Notes: a model not told the origin generated them from the letters alone. A DNA stretch of 57,063 nucleotides, filler included, from Sphacelaria rigidula (GCA_964200075.2; 8 parts of 8 records of this genome joined end to end with filler, not necessarily neighbours in it), one strand, 5' to 3'; shown: positions 37,429 to 51,078, counted from the whole stretch's first letter. Translations and numbers: made by a program.

Positions 37429-40400
37429 GTGCGGTGGCAGCTTCGTGGGGCAGGAGATTCGCAACCTGCACCCGGCTGGACAGAAAATGCAAAAAAACGA
37501 ATGATGCCATGCCCCTTGGCCATGGCGGAAGATTCGACGCTCCGCGGTATGTACAGCATACATTAATAAATATTGACACATCACAATACTGCTGTGAGGA
37601 AAAAAAAGAATTTATCGTGGTACTACACTGCTTGCCCTCTACAACAGTGGTAGTAGTAGTACCGTATTGCGCTCCAGCCGTCTGGTTTAGAAAACACAAG
37701 AAAGCAACTATGGTTGAACACAAACATGGACAATACTCGTACACTGACGCAGTAAATGCTCAGAAATTATGTCATGGCCAAGTATGCTATTAGGCTAGCT
37801 TTTGGCTAGAGCAAAACAAGCGTCTAAAAAGCGTTTCGACCGGCCATCCCACCCTTTGGGATAGGCCTGCATGACTGGAGCTATTAGCGTGCTTTCCGAT
37901 TTTTCCCAAACAGCATTCCTGTACTACTGTACTGTACTCACACTCGAAGGATACTTTGTTCGAAGTCTGTTCTACTCAGCAATGCGCAATGCCTCATTTC
38001 TTCGAAAACAAATGAACCATGTACAAAATTTCGAAAACAACTTTGCAAACCAACGAAACACTTCCGATAACCCTTCTGTGTTCAAGTAACCTAGTTCATA
38101 ATACGTCGAGTCGGGTGTGGTTGGCTAGTATTGCGCAGTCTACGACTCACAATGAAATAAATACTTTTTACCACGCTGCAGAGTCGACACAACCACGTAT
38201 TGCCCACTCCCTCCACCCCTCCCGCACCGACTGCTTTTGGTCGACTCTCGAGTTTCAGGGTGCGCTGCATAATCTGACAGGGATATATCACTTTTTTGGT
38301 CAAGTGTGTGTCTTCACGCCAAGAACTAACGCACATGCTGTAGCCATTGTAAGAGCTCGACGAAACTGATGAAAGTAGTCTGATGAAGTGGGAGGGTCGT
38401 TTCGTGTGACGCTCCAAGATGAGGGCATAATCATCCCCGATTTGTTGTCCCGACATTCAAGAGCGAAAACATGAAACGTTGTGCAGACTTTACAACCCCA
38501 ATAGGCTACACCGACTGCTCTGTGGAGAGTAGTGAGGCATAAGCGATATGCTCTGCGCTATGCACTCAGACTCATTGAGCTCAACCAAGCAGCTGTTGCC
38601 AGTTAGTTATTATTGCGATGGTTGCTCATTGACCTTGGGGTGCGTTTTTCACGCATGGGCGGGGGTCATTTCTTTTTACTTCCGAAAACCCCAAAAAGTC
38701 GATAATGAGGTACCGAGGTAGCTCGGTGCCTCATTGTATTATTCCGCAAATCGAATGACAACTATTTATATTTCTGACCGATGTCGAAGCTAGAACTACA
38801 CTTCGCTGCTGCTGCCGCTGCTGCCACATCGTTGTGTACACCGCGAGAGGGCTGCCGCAACATGGCTACAAACTTGGCGAAGCAGCCGGCTGTCGCTCTC
38901 CATACGCGATTCTTCCTGCCGGTGATGTGAAATGCGTGGACGCAAGACTGCTACAATCAAATATATGTGTAGGACATCCATGTCGCACATACACGTCGGC
39001 ATTTTACCGTTTTCTTGGAAAAGCCGGATGTGTCCCGCAGAAGGTCAAGGCACATACTATCACGCGTGAAGCAAATGCTCTACAATGAGGCACCGGTGCC
39101 CATAGCTCAGAGTGTATTACATGGGCCAACCTAAACGGGGGCAAAACCTCCAATTCAAGGTACGCGCAGACATGCCCTTAAACTTCTGTCCATCTGATGA
39201 AGCGCGCTTACCTACTCAAATCATGGTTCGTATTAGGTTACAGTATGCATGATGCAATTGTGACATCGTTCCGTCATACATCTCGGTCCTTGTTGTCGTG
39301 ATGTCACGAGGTAACAACAGGCGACAAGCAAAGCGCAGGAGGAGAGCAGGTACGAAGGCGCACAGCGGTACTATCATGGTACTCCACCCCCAGGCGACAT
39401 GATATTCCCCCCATTGAAAGGAGACTACAACACGGTTTTTTTGTATGCACGAGGAACAGTCATGTTTCCTGTGATCATGAAGCACAAGGTGTAGATTTTG
39501 TTGTACGAGAGAAGCAAGGGGGTTGGCTTACAATTGTATCCGGGGTTTTTCTCGTGTCGAAAGAACCACAGGTGGTTTCTTTCTGGTAATACGATGGATG
39601 GTAGAAAACAACATGGATCAACCAAGCCGTACATATACAATGCAACATGCATTCCCACCCTACAGAACATCGCACCGTGTAGCTGACGAATCCATGACCA
39701 GACTTCGAGGCAATCGTCCAGCCCGCCGTCCTCTGGCTTCGGTAATGTGATCCGTTGTTTGAGCTGTTCCCACATTCCACCTCTGGCCCCTGTTGAGAAA
39801 TCTTTGCCGTTCCTCACTACTATATGCTCGTCGTGTATTCTTGAAATTACTGAACGTTACACCCGCTTCGAGATTTGGTTGGTGACGAACCGCAGACAGG
39901 TGTATTGTCGTACTCTCAGCCCACGGTTCGTCGTAGCAATTGACGCCTGCCCTGTTCTCGTTGTTATTGCCTCGTGTCTGAGTATCACATCACCATAATA
40001 TGATTCGGGTCATGTCCGGCGACTATGCGATGGCCCACCAAGTGCTCAGGCACGTGCGCAGTTGTGCGTGTTGTGGGTCGTCTGTTGGAAACATGGCGAG
40101 CAGTCTTGTGAAAGAGCCCAATCACCAAAAACGATAATTCGATTCTTCATTTCTATTTAGCAGGAAACCAAATTTGTGCGGCGTAACTGCCTTGGGAACC
40201 CGCCGCCTTCTCGCGGCGGTTAGACATTTATGTCTCCGTGCTCCCCCACAACAGATAGTACAGTGCAGTCGACAATAACATTACTCTACTAAACTGTATC
40301 ACTACCGCTGTCGAATACATGCTAGAGGAAAAACCAAAGCGATGACTCATGTTTATGTTACGCGATATAGGTGCTGCATGTTGCCTTTGCTCCGCTTCGG

Positions 40401-41015
40401 TTTAACTACTGCTCCAACAAATAATTGACTACATCAGCAAAGTAGACAAGGGGTCATAACCTGCTCTTGAGTTCTGGCGTATCTTGCTATATCCATTAGA
40501 ATTGGACCGTGCGCACTCGCAGCCCAAATATTGAAACAGAGAATTGTACTGACTGTACGGTAGAGCAGATAATACGTCGCTCTGTGGTTCTTGGGTGCCA
40601 TGAAGACAGAACCGGGCTAGTCACGTTTACAAACTCCGTCTCGCCTGCCTTACCCCTTGACACATGTTTTGATGATCGAATGCTCGTCGAGATGCAGCCG
40701 TCACTCCGTCTTGGTCTTGCACCGCATGTATGGTAGGGTTCTTCATACCCGTCCGTGTCGCTGGAAACACGCCACCGTCGTATTCATTGTACTCGTCCTA
40801 TGACGATGACTGGTGTTGCACTTGAGTCTTTCCTGGAGCCAGACTTATCGAACTACAAATATCTATAAACCGGTGGCAACTTGATCTCCACATAAATTTT
40901 CATAGGAGGTGAAAGGGCATAAGCCTTGTGCCGTGTGGTTTTAGGAGGTAGCTCAAGGATACGGCTGTCCGAACATGCATCGGAGCTCGTATGTGAAATT
41001 TATTGCTGCATTCAG
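37429..41015 (+). CDS. Putative exons of an unidentified host gene (37429-37546, 39666-39741, 40945-41015)
   Basis: Each has an AG acceptor and a GT(A/G) donor and the phases are compatible (...GRFDAPR|TSHRVADESMTRLRGNRPARRPLAS|EVAQGYGCPNMHRSSYVKFIAAF). No recognisable domain. Confidence 0.25.
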
Positions 41016-41314
41016 GTGAGCGCAGAGTGGGGGTGCGATATGTCAACCGTCGTATTCATTGTACTCGTCCTATGACGATGACTGGTGTTGCACTTGAGTC
41101 TTTCCTGGAGCCAGACTTATCGAACTGCAAATATCTATAAACCGGTGGCAACTTGATCTCCACATAAATTTTCATAGGAGGTGAAAGGGCATAAGCCTTG
41201 TGCTGTGTGGTTTTAGGAGGTAGCTCAAGGATACGGCTGTCCGAACATGCATCGGAGCTCGTATGTGAAATTTATTGCTGCATTCAGGTGAGCGCAGAGT
41301 GGGGGTGCGATATG
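40774..41314 (+). repeat. Recent 272-bp tandem duplication
   Basis: 40774-41045 and 41046-41314 are nearly identical; only two internal substitutions were seen by eye. Confidence 0.95.
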
Positions 41315-42251
41315 CCGAAAATGCTGCTGGAATAGCGATGAGCGGTCTTCGGTGTTCATAGCCAGCCAAGCCAGCCGCAACAACTAGCTTCAGTCTTTCG
41401 CGGTACTATTCGTAATATATCAGTCAGCTCCGTTTGTTATGTTGTCATGTACAGCACACAACATTAGCCAGCACGGCTTCTCGTAGCACCTGAAGCACCC
41501 GAAAAAAACACTTGCCTTTACAACAGTAGGCTTTATGGTCAGTATCCCCGTGGTGCAATTCTGTTGTCTCCTCCATGGATCTACCGGATATCAATCCTCC
41601 GAACCACCATTGTCGCACCGTCTTGACACTCTTCGTGAGTCTGTCTCACGGCAACCACACTCACCCATCATCCGGACACTTCCTTCACGCCGCGATCGCA
41701 TGTCGGCGGCGCTTCTGTGGCGTTTTCAAACAGAAAGGAACTCGAAATTTCGGTTCGAAACTGAACTCTATATTCAAAATTTCGACCCCTTCTGAACCCG
41801 TGACGGGGTGTAAACCTGTGAGCGTGTCAACTCCACGAAAACTTCCTACACGTTTTCGGGTTCACCTCTTCAGGGACTGGCAGAACAGTACCGCACAGTA
41901 GTTGTGGGACTGGTCGCACAGACCCCAAAGTATGCAATATCAGTTATTGGACGTACTTGTATCATCAATAACTAATTGCACAGACTCTGACGGCGTAGTT
42001 GTTCGCACGCAATTGAATACTTGTACGTGTCCGGGGTGTGAAACAATGAAATAATACAAGGGTTACCGTTACGGCAGGACAACCATGATACCGCGCGTAG
42101 TTGTTTGGCCGTGTCTTAACGAAATAAGGAAGGTGAGAAAGATCTCGTGGGAATAATTAGTTAATGGCGACTCAAGGCTCTGTTATCTCGAGAAATCACG
42201 CGGCGTTCGAATTCGGGGGGGAAATTACTACCCTCTGCCGACGGACCACCG

Positions 42252-42773
42252 CTCGCTCTGGTGGCTCAGCTGGAAACGTCAAATTCTTCTGACGGTTGGG
42301 TCGTGGGTTCAAATCTCGGTGTGATGTGTTTTTTTTCACATCATGCCCAAGAGTGGGGAGCGACTATGTCGTGGGTACACAAACTTCGACTCACCGGTCG
42401 ACGACGGAAAGGGACTACTGAACCCCTCTCGCGATGAAAATAAAGGCTATTTTTTTTCACACCATGTCCATGAGCGGAGAGCGACTATGTTGTGGGTACA
42501 CAAATTTCTACTCACCGGTTGACGAGGGAAAGGGACTGCCGAACCCTTCTCGCGATAAAAATAAAGGCAGGCAACGCAGAAGGAAGGTGGGGTACTAAAC
42601 ACAAATAAAAAACAAAAGAACTCCTGTGTTGACCGTCCTCCTGTATGACGCCGGCTGGTGCCCCCAAATAGACCGAAAGGCGTAGACCGGCGTCCAGAAT
42701 AGAAGGGATGACAACACACACACGCACACGCACACACACACACACACACGCACGCACGCACACACACACCCAC
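42252..42773 (+). mobile_element. tRNA-derived SINE, family 1, with an internal ~120-bp duplication and a long (CA/CG)n tail
   Basis: A box TGGCTCAGCTGG and B box GGTTCAAATC. The body segment TTTTTTCACA...AAAATAAAGGC occurs at ~42329-42447 and ~42449-42567. Confidence 0.85.
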
Positions 42774-42873
42774 NNNNNNNNNNNNNNNNNNNNNNNNNNN
42801 NNNNNNNNNNNNNNNNNTTAATTAATTAANNNNNNNNNNNNNNNNNNNNNNNNNNNNNNNNNNNNNNNNNNNN

Positions 42874-42941
42874 CACTAGACTACTGACAAGTCAGCGCTG
42901 ACTGGTCATTAGTCTAGTTGGTAGTCTCTTAAACCGTCACA
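42874..42941. mobile_element. Second copy of the 90-bp palindromic mini-element, cut by the contig start
   Basis: ACTAGACTACTGACAAGTCAGCGCTGACTGGTCATTAGTCTAGTTGGTAGTCTCTTAAACCGTCACA directly abuts copia RT sequence. Confidence 0.85.
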
Positions 42942-45900
42942 GACCATACCCACCACCTCGTCTCCCATCATGAAACGCAGGACACAGGGGTTAGACAGAG
43001 ACTCCTGGAAACCAATCCTTTTCGGGTCTGATACTGGCCTCTTGTAAAATGTTCTCGATGCCTGTTTCAATCCGTACAAATTCTTGTTCAAAACGGACAA
43101 CCTTTCCTGACATCGAACCGCAGCCAGGAGGCAACTTCATGAACACCTCGCAATCCAATTCCGACTGAACAAACGCTTGCTCAATATCCCAGTGGAGTAA
43201 TTCCAAGTTGTACTTGCACGCTAACACTACTAGCATTTGCAGCAGGCGAGAAAGTTTCAAGATAGTCCACAACATACTTCTTCTTGAAGCCCTTCGCTAC
43301 AAGCCTAGCCTTGGCCTTCACTATCTTCCGTGTTCCGTCTGCTCACTATTCGAAAACTTATCTAGCATCAATCACATTACCGCCTACTGGGATCTTTACT
43401 GCTAACGTGAACGTTCCTGCTCTTATCAAGCCTTCAACCTCTGCAGGCATGGCTCCATCCCAAATATTTGCATGCTTCGATTGCCGGGCTTCTTGAAAGC
43501 TACCAGGCTCTGACTCAACATTCTGAACGAGTTTGCGCACGAGTTCTACCTTCTCTTACTTCATCATTCTCACGCGCATCAGTATTAAAAGTAGCAAGCT
43601 CAGCGACATGGCTCGGACGACGAGCGGCTGGAGGAGGTGCCTCCGCCTCCACTTCCTGCTCTTCCGGCCCAATCGACTCTACATCACCATGCCCTCCCGG
43701 CTCCGCCTCCACTTCCGTCATCGATTCCTGGACCATAGGGTAACACTGCATCACGATTCACACGAATACGAATGGGTTGAATTCCCTTTCCTGCAAGCGG
43801 AAACACTTGAGCTTCTACATCGTCGTCACTATTCTCCCCTCCCTCTTCCGCGATCTCAATCGGCGGAGGAGGTTCCGGTGGAGGGAGCTGTGACGGCAAC
43901 GCCTCCTACGCCACATCTCTCGTTACCTGAATAGTCCCAGCCCTCGTAAGTACTCCATGACAATCACGCGGGTAGTCTCTCGAAGGACCGACAAAAAAGC
44001 AACTCTCACCTTTCGGTAGCAGCTTAGACGGTCGCTGCCACCTGCAGTAAGCCTGCTTCAAAACGGATACGGTCTGGCAGGACGAGGTTCTCCATACCAC
44101 ATCTCATACGGCGACTTAGAGTCAGGGTTAGCAGAGCACGCTGTGTGGTTAAGCGCCTCGCAAGCCTAATGCATTGCCTCAGCCCAGAGTCTGTCAGTCT
44201 TAGGTAACTGCACATGCCCAAACAGAACTTTCGCCTGAATACGAGCCGCCATAGCGGCCTCCTCAATCAATCCCAATGCACGCTCTGCAACACCGTTATA
44301 TTGGGGACTGTAAGCCGGAGTAACTCTTGTTTGATCAAAAGCTCATTGCATACGGATGCAAACTCCCCCCCGAAAAACTCCCCTCCATTGTCAGATTTAG
44401 CGAGCTCAACCAATGATGGGATTCCATCAGCACGCACACTAGCAAGGAAACTTCGGAAGGCACTCCCAGCGTCTAATGTACTTCTGAGGGAATACATCCA
44501 TGCACGCCTTGTGAAATCATCCTTCACAATCATGGGGTAGTGTTTACCCCCGACGGACGCAACGTCCTTCCTCCCTCCCAGGTCAACATATCCTCTGCCC
44601 AACGTTTTCTCCGATCTACGTTTAGTTTAATGAGCAATTCCTTTCCTAATAGCCTTCGACATCGGACATCCCGTACAAGCATGCATGTCACCGATCAACT
44701 CGGTACTTGGTCGTTTTGCAGTAGTACGAAGTAATCCCTTGTGCGAATAAGCATAAATGTTATGGAACTCCTTCACATCCATCTTCTTTTCATGCTTGAG
44801 GTTTGAAGGAGTGAGGGCAGCCAAAACCGAACCAACAGAGTCATCTCCCAGCCGATACGCAGTCGCAATTAGTATGCCATCGAAATTCTGAAAAGTAACA
44901 TGTCCGTCGTATGCAGTCATCACGCCATCAGGACCACCAAGATCATTCCATGACTTGCCATCAAAGTCTGCGCTGGGGAAATAGAGGTTATACCCTACGT
45001 TCGGAGAGTACAACACGTTCTCCAGCTCTACGAAGAATCCGCTGTCAGCAGTCACAAACACCAACTCCAGAGTTCCAGAGAGTAATACCTCACAAGTCAC
45101 GCCACCAATTCCTTTTATGTTCTTGTGGCAAGGCTTTACATCCTTCATACAAGAGAGAGAATCAGTCATGTGGAAAGCAGTACCCGTGTCTGCATACCAA
45201 TCTTCGACACACCTATCCTTCCTTATAAGAGAAGAGAATTCACGAACAGAATAATCACTGTACAAGCACTCACGCAGCATGGCATCGTAAACTGCTACCA
45301 GACACGTCAGATCACTCGAGTTGTTCAAGCTGGTTAGAGGGAGCAACAGCAAACGAGACCTCTTACCGTCCTCATTCTCGGCATCCTCGGATTTTCCGGT
45401 CTGGGTAGGATTAGCGATCACGCGAGCCAGGCAGTCCTTCCTCAAGTGACCCTTCTCTCTATGAACGATGAGTCATTCGGACAGAACACCACAAAGTTTC
45501 ACGCAAAGTCTTGTACTCGTGCGGCAGTCCCTCAAGCATCAGGTTGCACACCTCTCTGTCATCTTTCTTGAGTTCAAGATATCTACCATCACGGATCCAC
45601 ATGAAACGGTACTGCACCCAGGGTCATTACTGGGGCCCTTTCTAAACCGGAATCTATTGCACCGCTATTTTTCTACAGCAAAGAAGAACAGAACGAAGCA
45701 AGCAGCTAGATTACTGACTGTATAAACTTTCAACAACAATATCATGTTGGTAAGTCGAAATCAATGTCTGCAATCGGAATATCAGCTTCAGAAACAAACG
45801 CCTTATACATATTGTTGTGTCGGGCACCTAACAAGAAGTTCTGCGACCATGAGGGATACGACACATCGATACCATCAAAACCAGGAGCATTGGGAACTTG

Positions 45901-46700
45901 AAAAGGATCCCTACCCAACTTTTCTCCTGTGTCGGAAATGTCAGCCCCAGGAATCAGAGTGTTCCTACTGGCTACGTTTTCCCACCTCTTACTTGGCGGA
46001 GAAGGAGCGGGCGGAACAGAGGACTGACCTTAAGCCCCACCTACAGTCCCGATCGAACCAAAGCTTACTGCAGCAATAGAAGAACGACTTAAAGAAGATA
46101 CATGTGGATTCAAGCCTGAGTCTGCAAGACTGCTATTCCCAACCCACATGCTGGACACGCCCAAGCCTTGGGCATCGCCACCCATACCTCCCGCGGTCCC
46201 ACCAGTACCGAATTACAGTAAATACATGAGGATTCAAGCCTGAGTCTACGAGACTGTTACTCCCAACCCACATGCTGGACATGCCCAAGCCTTGGGCATC
46301 GCCACCCGTACTTCCCGCGGTTCCACCAGTAGCATCGTCAGAAAGATGCGTACTAGTCTCTGGTCCGTTGCCTCCCGGCGCGGCAGCTACAAAACCAGAA
46401 GACCCTACTTTCTCTCCCTGTTGCTCAACTAGCGACGGTACTACAGTCGCAAGCTGAGACAACTGTCTCTATGAAACAAACTCTCTCACCAACTTCCTAC
46501 GATCCACCCTCAGCTGGGTCAAGCGCAGGATCGTTGTTGCCCAGTTTAGCCATGACGAGGCAGGTTGATCAAGCCTCCCTCAATAGTCTCATGCACGGCC
46601 CAGGGGGACGAAGCAGCAGTCGACTGATGCGCTATAGCGTGTTGGTAAACTCGTAACTGCTGGAGAAAAATATGTATTGTTGTATTCTCGAGACCTTGGT
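42942..46700 (-). mobile_element. Ty1/copia LTR retrotransposon (gag remnant-protease-integrase-RT), inactivated
   Basis: Protease WYADTGTAFHMT, pre-integrase H..Y.YSH...CTGCPMSK, integrase YVDLGG...KDDFTR...KSDNGGEF, EPGSFQEA, and RT HWDIEQAFVQSELDCEVFMKLPPG and LNKNLYGLKQA. INT precedes RT. Many frameshifts; LTRs not delimited. Confidence 0.92.
46098..46331 (+). repeat. ~123-bp tandem duplication in the copia 5'/gag region
   Basis: ATACATG.GGATTCAAGCCTGAGTCT...CCCAAGCCTTGGGCATCGCCACCC...CCACCAGTA twice. Confidence 0.85.
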
Positions 46701-49700
46701 CCAAAGAGACGGGTCAGGAAAGTGGAGTGAGTAAGGTAGGCTAGCTTGCGTCACCTACATTCCAGAAACTGTAGAAACGACATGGTTCCCGCAATAGAAC
46801 TCGGACCAACGCACTTCCGTACGTACCACAAAAACCTCGGGTTGTTCCCCGCACCATAGATACCGTGCTCGGACTAACGCAGTATCCACGAAGAGTATTC
46901 CTACATAACCAACAGAAAGGACCGCGAATGTTCTTCGCTATTCTCAAATATACGATACTACAGCAGCTATCGCGGACAGTCCCATGAAAACATATTAAAA
47001 CAGTGTGGACGAAGACATATTATTGCACGACCAATACATATTTACCAATAATACATTGGATACGTTGGGGGTCGCATTGGTGAAACATATTGACAGGTCA
47101 ATATATTTTTGTGATATGATAAGGGTGAAGGCACCTTGTGAAGGGTGTAATGGTGTTCACCACGATTGTTCCAGGTTCAGACCTCTGTGTACGTTGTTTG
47201 TTTACTCGGCTCAGCAGCACAGGCTGACCACAGTCGCTCTCGTGTTGCTTTCACACAAGGAAACAACAAGCAAATAATACAGACCAGAATAGCACTTTTA
47301 TCACGCAATTGATTGTATCCAACTTCATCTACAGAACAGGGAGATACAACACAGATCGAAACAAGCTGAAACCGAAATCAGTGAAACACACCAGACAAAA
47401 CAGCAGCCCGACTACTGCTCTTATCTCCGGGACTCACTTTCTCGCGGTATGTAGATACTCCAATGGGGAACTGTTGAGTCGCAGCCAAAACCGGGAATGA
47501 AAAGAGAGTGGGGCTCGTAGGGGCTGCTTATTCAAACGTGTGTCGCCGCCCCCTAAATCAACACAAACTGAGGTCGTACCATATAATCCAAAAGCCGTGC
47601 TCCTCAATTCATGCCATGGTTGGGTTACTACATTTTTTCGAATTCAAATACATACTCTCCGTAGAACGTCAACCTCAAGGGGCAGTCAATTCTCCGCTAT
47701 TTGAATATGAAAAGGTCCATCATTCAATGTCACCTTTGTGCAAGATCATGGCTACGTCCTGCAGTCACATCATATCACATTTTGGGGCTGCGTGTATGTC
47801 AATATGTCGGAGATAAATATATATTGGGGCCGTGTGAGTGTGAATATATTGCCCAATCAGGGTATCAGTACACGTATATGTAGCGACGTAGCGTGTGTTA
47901 CAACATATTACCCACCCAGTATAAGCTGAGTGGACTCATCGATGTGGAGTATACATTCCATCAATCCATATTGTTCAAGTACTTTACTGTGCCGCGTCCT
48001 AAGACCCATGCCGTCAAAACAATCTCTTCGTGTAATTCGCCACGTAAATATTTCAATATGTTGTTGGCGTGCAGGGTGTCTACACGAGAGCCAGTTCGAA
48101 TGATTTCGAGAATTAAAGCAAGCGCAAGTGTTGCGGCATCCCTGTGGGATATTTCGAAGTATATACTCGAGGGAAAGTGCGATCCAACTCATTTTTTACC
48201 TGACTCTTTGGCTGTGAGGTTACGTTGGCTGATAAATCGGCATCACTCAATTTGACTCAAACAATGCCATGATCCGGGGCCAGCTAACAAACCAGGAGTG
48301 TTGAACGTATTCCAAGATCCAAGTTCCGGTATTTTTTACTGTAAATTACGGTCGAATATACCGGGAGTCTAGAGTTTGAGATACCTCTGTTGTGTACGAG
48401 CTAGTCAGCTCTCAAGGTATGTACTATTTTGTGACTGTAAGCTGCGCAAATAACGAATGGCCACCAGCTGCCTACGGAAAAACACACATCTGTGGCTCTT
48501 TGCTGTCCACGGGAAAACATGCATATGTGGCTCTCTGCCCCCTACACACCACCCCAAACCCCCTTCCTCCACCGCATAATAAACTAGCAGAGCGACTGTT
48601 TGCGTCAAAAGGAGACAGTCATAAGCAGTAGAAAATAGACGCATTGTTTTGTAGAGCAGGTCGGCAAATCGCTAGGGACGAGTACTGTGCTGATTCGACA
48701 AGGTCAGACGCTGGAGGTAGTTGTGGGATCTCGCAGGGGTCGAGAGACAAGGACTGTGACGTCTTGCCGCGGCAACCGGTTGCGGCAACCCGTGTACTGG
48801 ACGCCGACAAGACGGCAACCGCCGACAATGCGGTCCTGCAGGGACATCGGCCCTGCAAGATCCCGCCAACCTCGAAGGCTATGCGATGTTATAAGTGTGG
48901 TGCACGCTTTCAAAAAGATCCAGATGCAATGAATGCCGGGTGCAGATTGGCGAAAGCTTAGAAGAAAGCCGCAGGAGTTCGCATATATGGCTACGGAGAG
49001 CTGTCGAATGAATTTGATACATGTGTATTGGCCGGAAAAATATGGTGTCAGGAGGGCCAACCCGGTATATAAAGTTCTTCCGATACCTATCTGGCGACCG
49101 GTGCGGTGCCGTTCATCCCCTTCACAGTATGTAATACATCTTGGCTCAACAGTGCGACCGCAGGAATCGCGGGTCGATCCGCGCCGTTTGGTACCCCTCT
49201 GTTCACCGGTGCTATGTTGCTTATACCCTGGACAAAACAAAATTTTCCAATAAGATACCAATGATTTATATTGGAGACAGCGCAAATGTTGTCCTTTGAA
49301 TAGAGAGGTTCATGAAACGTTTTGTCAGATCTTAGAGTCAGAGCGGAAGGGAAAATATCCGGTAACGGTGCACTTTCCGTCATGAAGTTTTTTTCGGAGA
49401 GATGTTTTCAGAGTGAGAATCCCTTTTGCACCACGTCACTCTGAAAACCGTTGTTCCTCCTCGGGGTTCATAGCGGAATGAAAGAGAACCATGCCCACCT
49501 TCACCACCATGGTCACGTCCAGTTTAAAGCCAATACACCCTAATAAGCGAAGTGGGACATTTATCATCCATCAAAACTTCCATACTTAGCACCATAGGCC
49601 ATTTACGAAGTAGAAAAGCTTGGCATCGCAATCAGAAGAACTCCTTGACGCCGCCATGGTATCAAGAATCCGCTTGGTTGTGTTGCGTGAAAATTCCGAT

Positions 49701-50574
49701 GCTCGACAGGTACACGTTGGGTGGAGTTCCTCATTCTCGCCAGCTTTAGCAGGAAGAAGACGGTGGGAACGATTCGTAGTCTACAGTGCATAAGCAGTTC
49801 TACACCTGGCTGCAATTCCATCCCGTGAGAGATTGTAACGTCTTGCACCTCCATTAAACAGCCAATCATCTATGTTGAGGATGGTGCTTTTGATTGAGGA
49901 TGAGAACCCGGAGGATTANNNNNNNNNNNNNNNNNNNNNNNNNNNNNNNNNNNNNNNNNNNNTTAATTAATTAANNNNNNNNNNNNNNNNNNNNNNNNNN
50001 NNNNNNNNNNNNNNNNNNTCAGTTCTCTCTGCTTACAATGCGACTCGAAAATAACTTCAGCAACGTGCAGCTATGTACTGCCTGCATTGTCCACGAGCGT
50101 GCACACAACTCCGTTGCCCACCGTACCGCACGCAGTTCCGTCCCTGATGACTGCCATGAAAGAAGATGCACTGTTTTCGCCAACAAAAAATAAATAAAGC
50201 ACTACCCAACTACTTTCGTGTATATATCCCTGCGCTCAACTCATGTTCTATGCTGCAGGGTTGCGGTGGTAGCTGAGAATGCGTTGGATGGAGTTTGCAT
50301 GGTCCTGCGGAGGGTGTTATTTGGCGTGGTGGTCTGAAAGACAAGAGTCAAGTGCCGCTTCGCACCTTTCGACTGCATGTTTTCGATCGAAAAAAAATGT
50401 TTTTTCACTCCTTGCATTCTTCTCCGCGCGCCGCTATTTACAATTTTGAGTTGAAGCCTTCGAAAAACATAAACGCGGTGGACCTATCAGATAGGCAGAA
50501 AAAACTTCGACCGCACTTTTTCGATCGAAAAAAAAGCGCTAAGACACGCCCTGAGAGATACGAGAGGGAGGTAT

Positions 50575-50829
50575 ATAAAAAAGCGGCTGTGATTGGTCTA
50601 CACATTGTGCCGCTACGACACGGGCAGCTGCTACCGGCAATGCACGAGGATACAGCAGCTCCGGCGTGCTGGCTCAGGTTGTGTGTCCCAACCTGCGCGC
50701 ACCCGCCTGGCGTGTCTTGCCCGACCACAGCCCCCGACTATACCTGAAGTAGCAGAGAAGACTCAACAGACAGCTGTACAGCCGTCACGCCACGATTGTT
50801 TCGACCTTTCTTTGTTTCGTCAGCACCTA
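50575..50829 (+). repeat. Interspersed repeat family B (copy 2)
   Basis: Colinear with 3660-3912. Confidence 0.8.
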
Positions 50830-50855
50830 TCGAAACAACGTGTCCGCACAAAGGG

Positions 50856-51078
50856 TGTAATGCGTGAGAGGACCGCGTGCTTAGAGGATCGCGCTGTAGT
50901 TCAAAACACCTCAGTATCGACGTTTCTCAAAACCAATCGGGCCAGTCCCTGCAGGTACTACGCCCCTGACCATAACCTCGACACTAACCCCAACCCCAAC
51001 CCCAACCCCAACCCTAACCATGGGGATATTCAAATTCCGATGCGGTCCTCTAAGCACGCGGTCCTCTCACGCATTACA
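50856..51078. mobile_element. MITE with 37-bp TIRs (TGT...ACA) carrying telomere-like (CCYAAC)n repeats
   Basis: TGTAATGCGTGAGAGGACCGCGTGCTTAGAGGATCGC / GCGGTCCTCTAAGCACGCGGTCCTCTCACGCATTACA, with internal CTAACCCCAACCCCAACCCCAACCCCAACCCTAACC. Confidence 0.88.

Noticed and set aside
37350-39820. Upstream PanK exons in the next segment
   Set aside because: This is a different contig, and no DIGG(S/T)L motif was found on the minus strand.
35729-49918. 14-kb element bounded by inverted repeats (35731-35790 is the reverse complement of ~49860-49918)
   Set aside because: The two copies lie on different concatenated contigs, each at a contig end. They reflect assembly breaks in the same repeat family.
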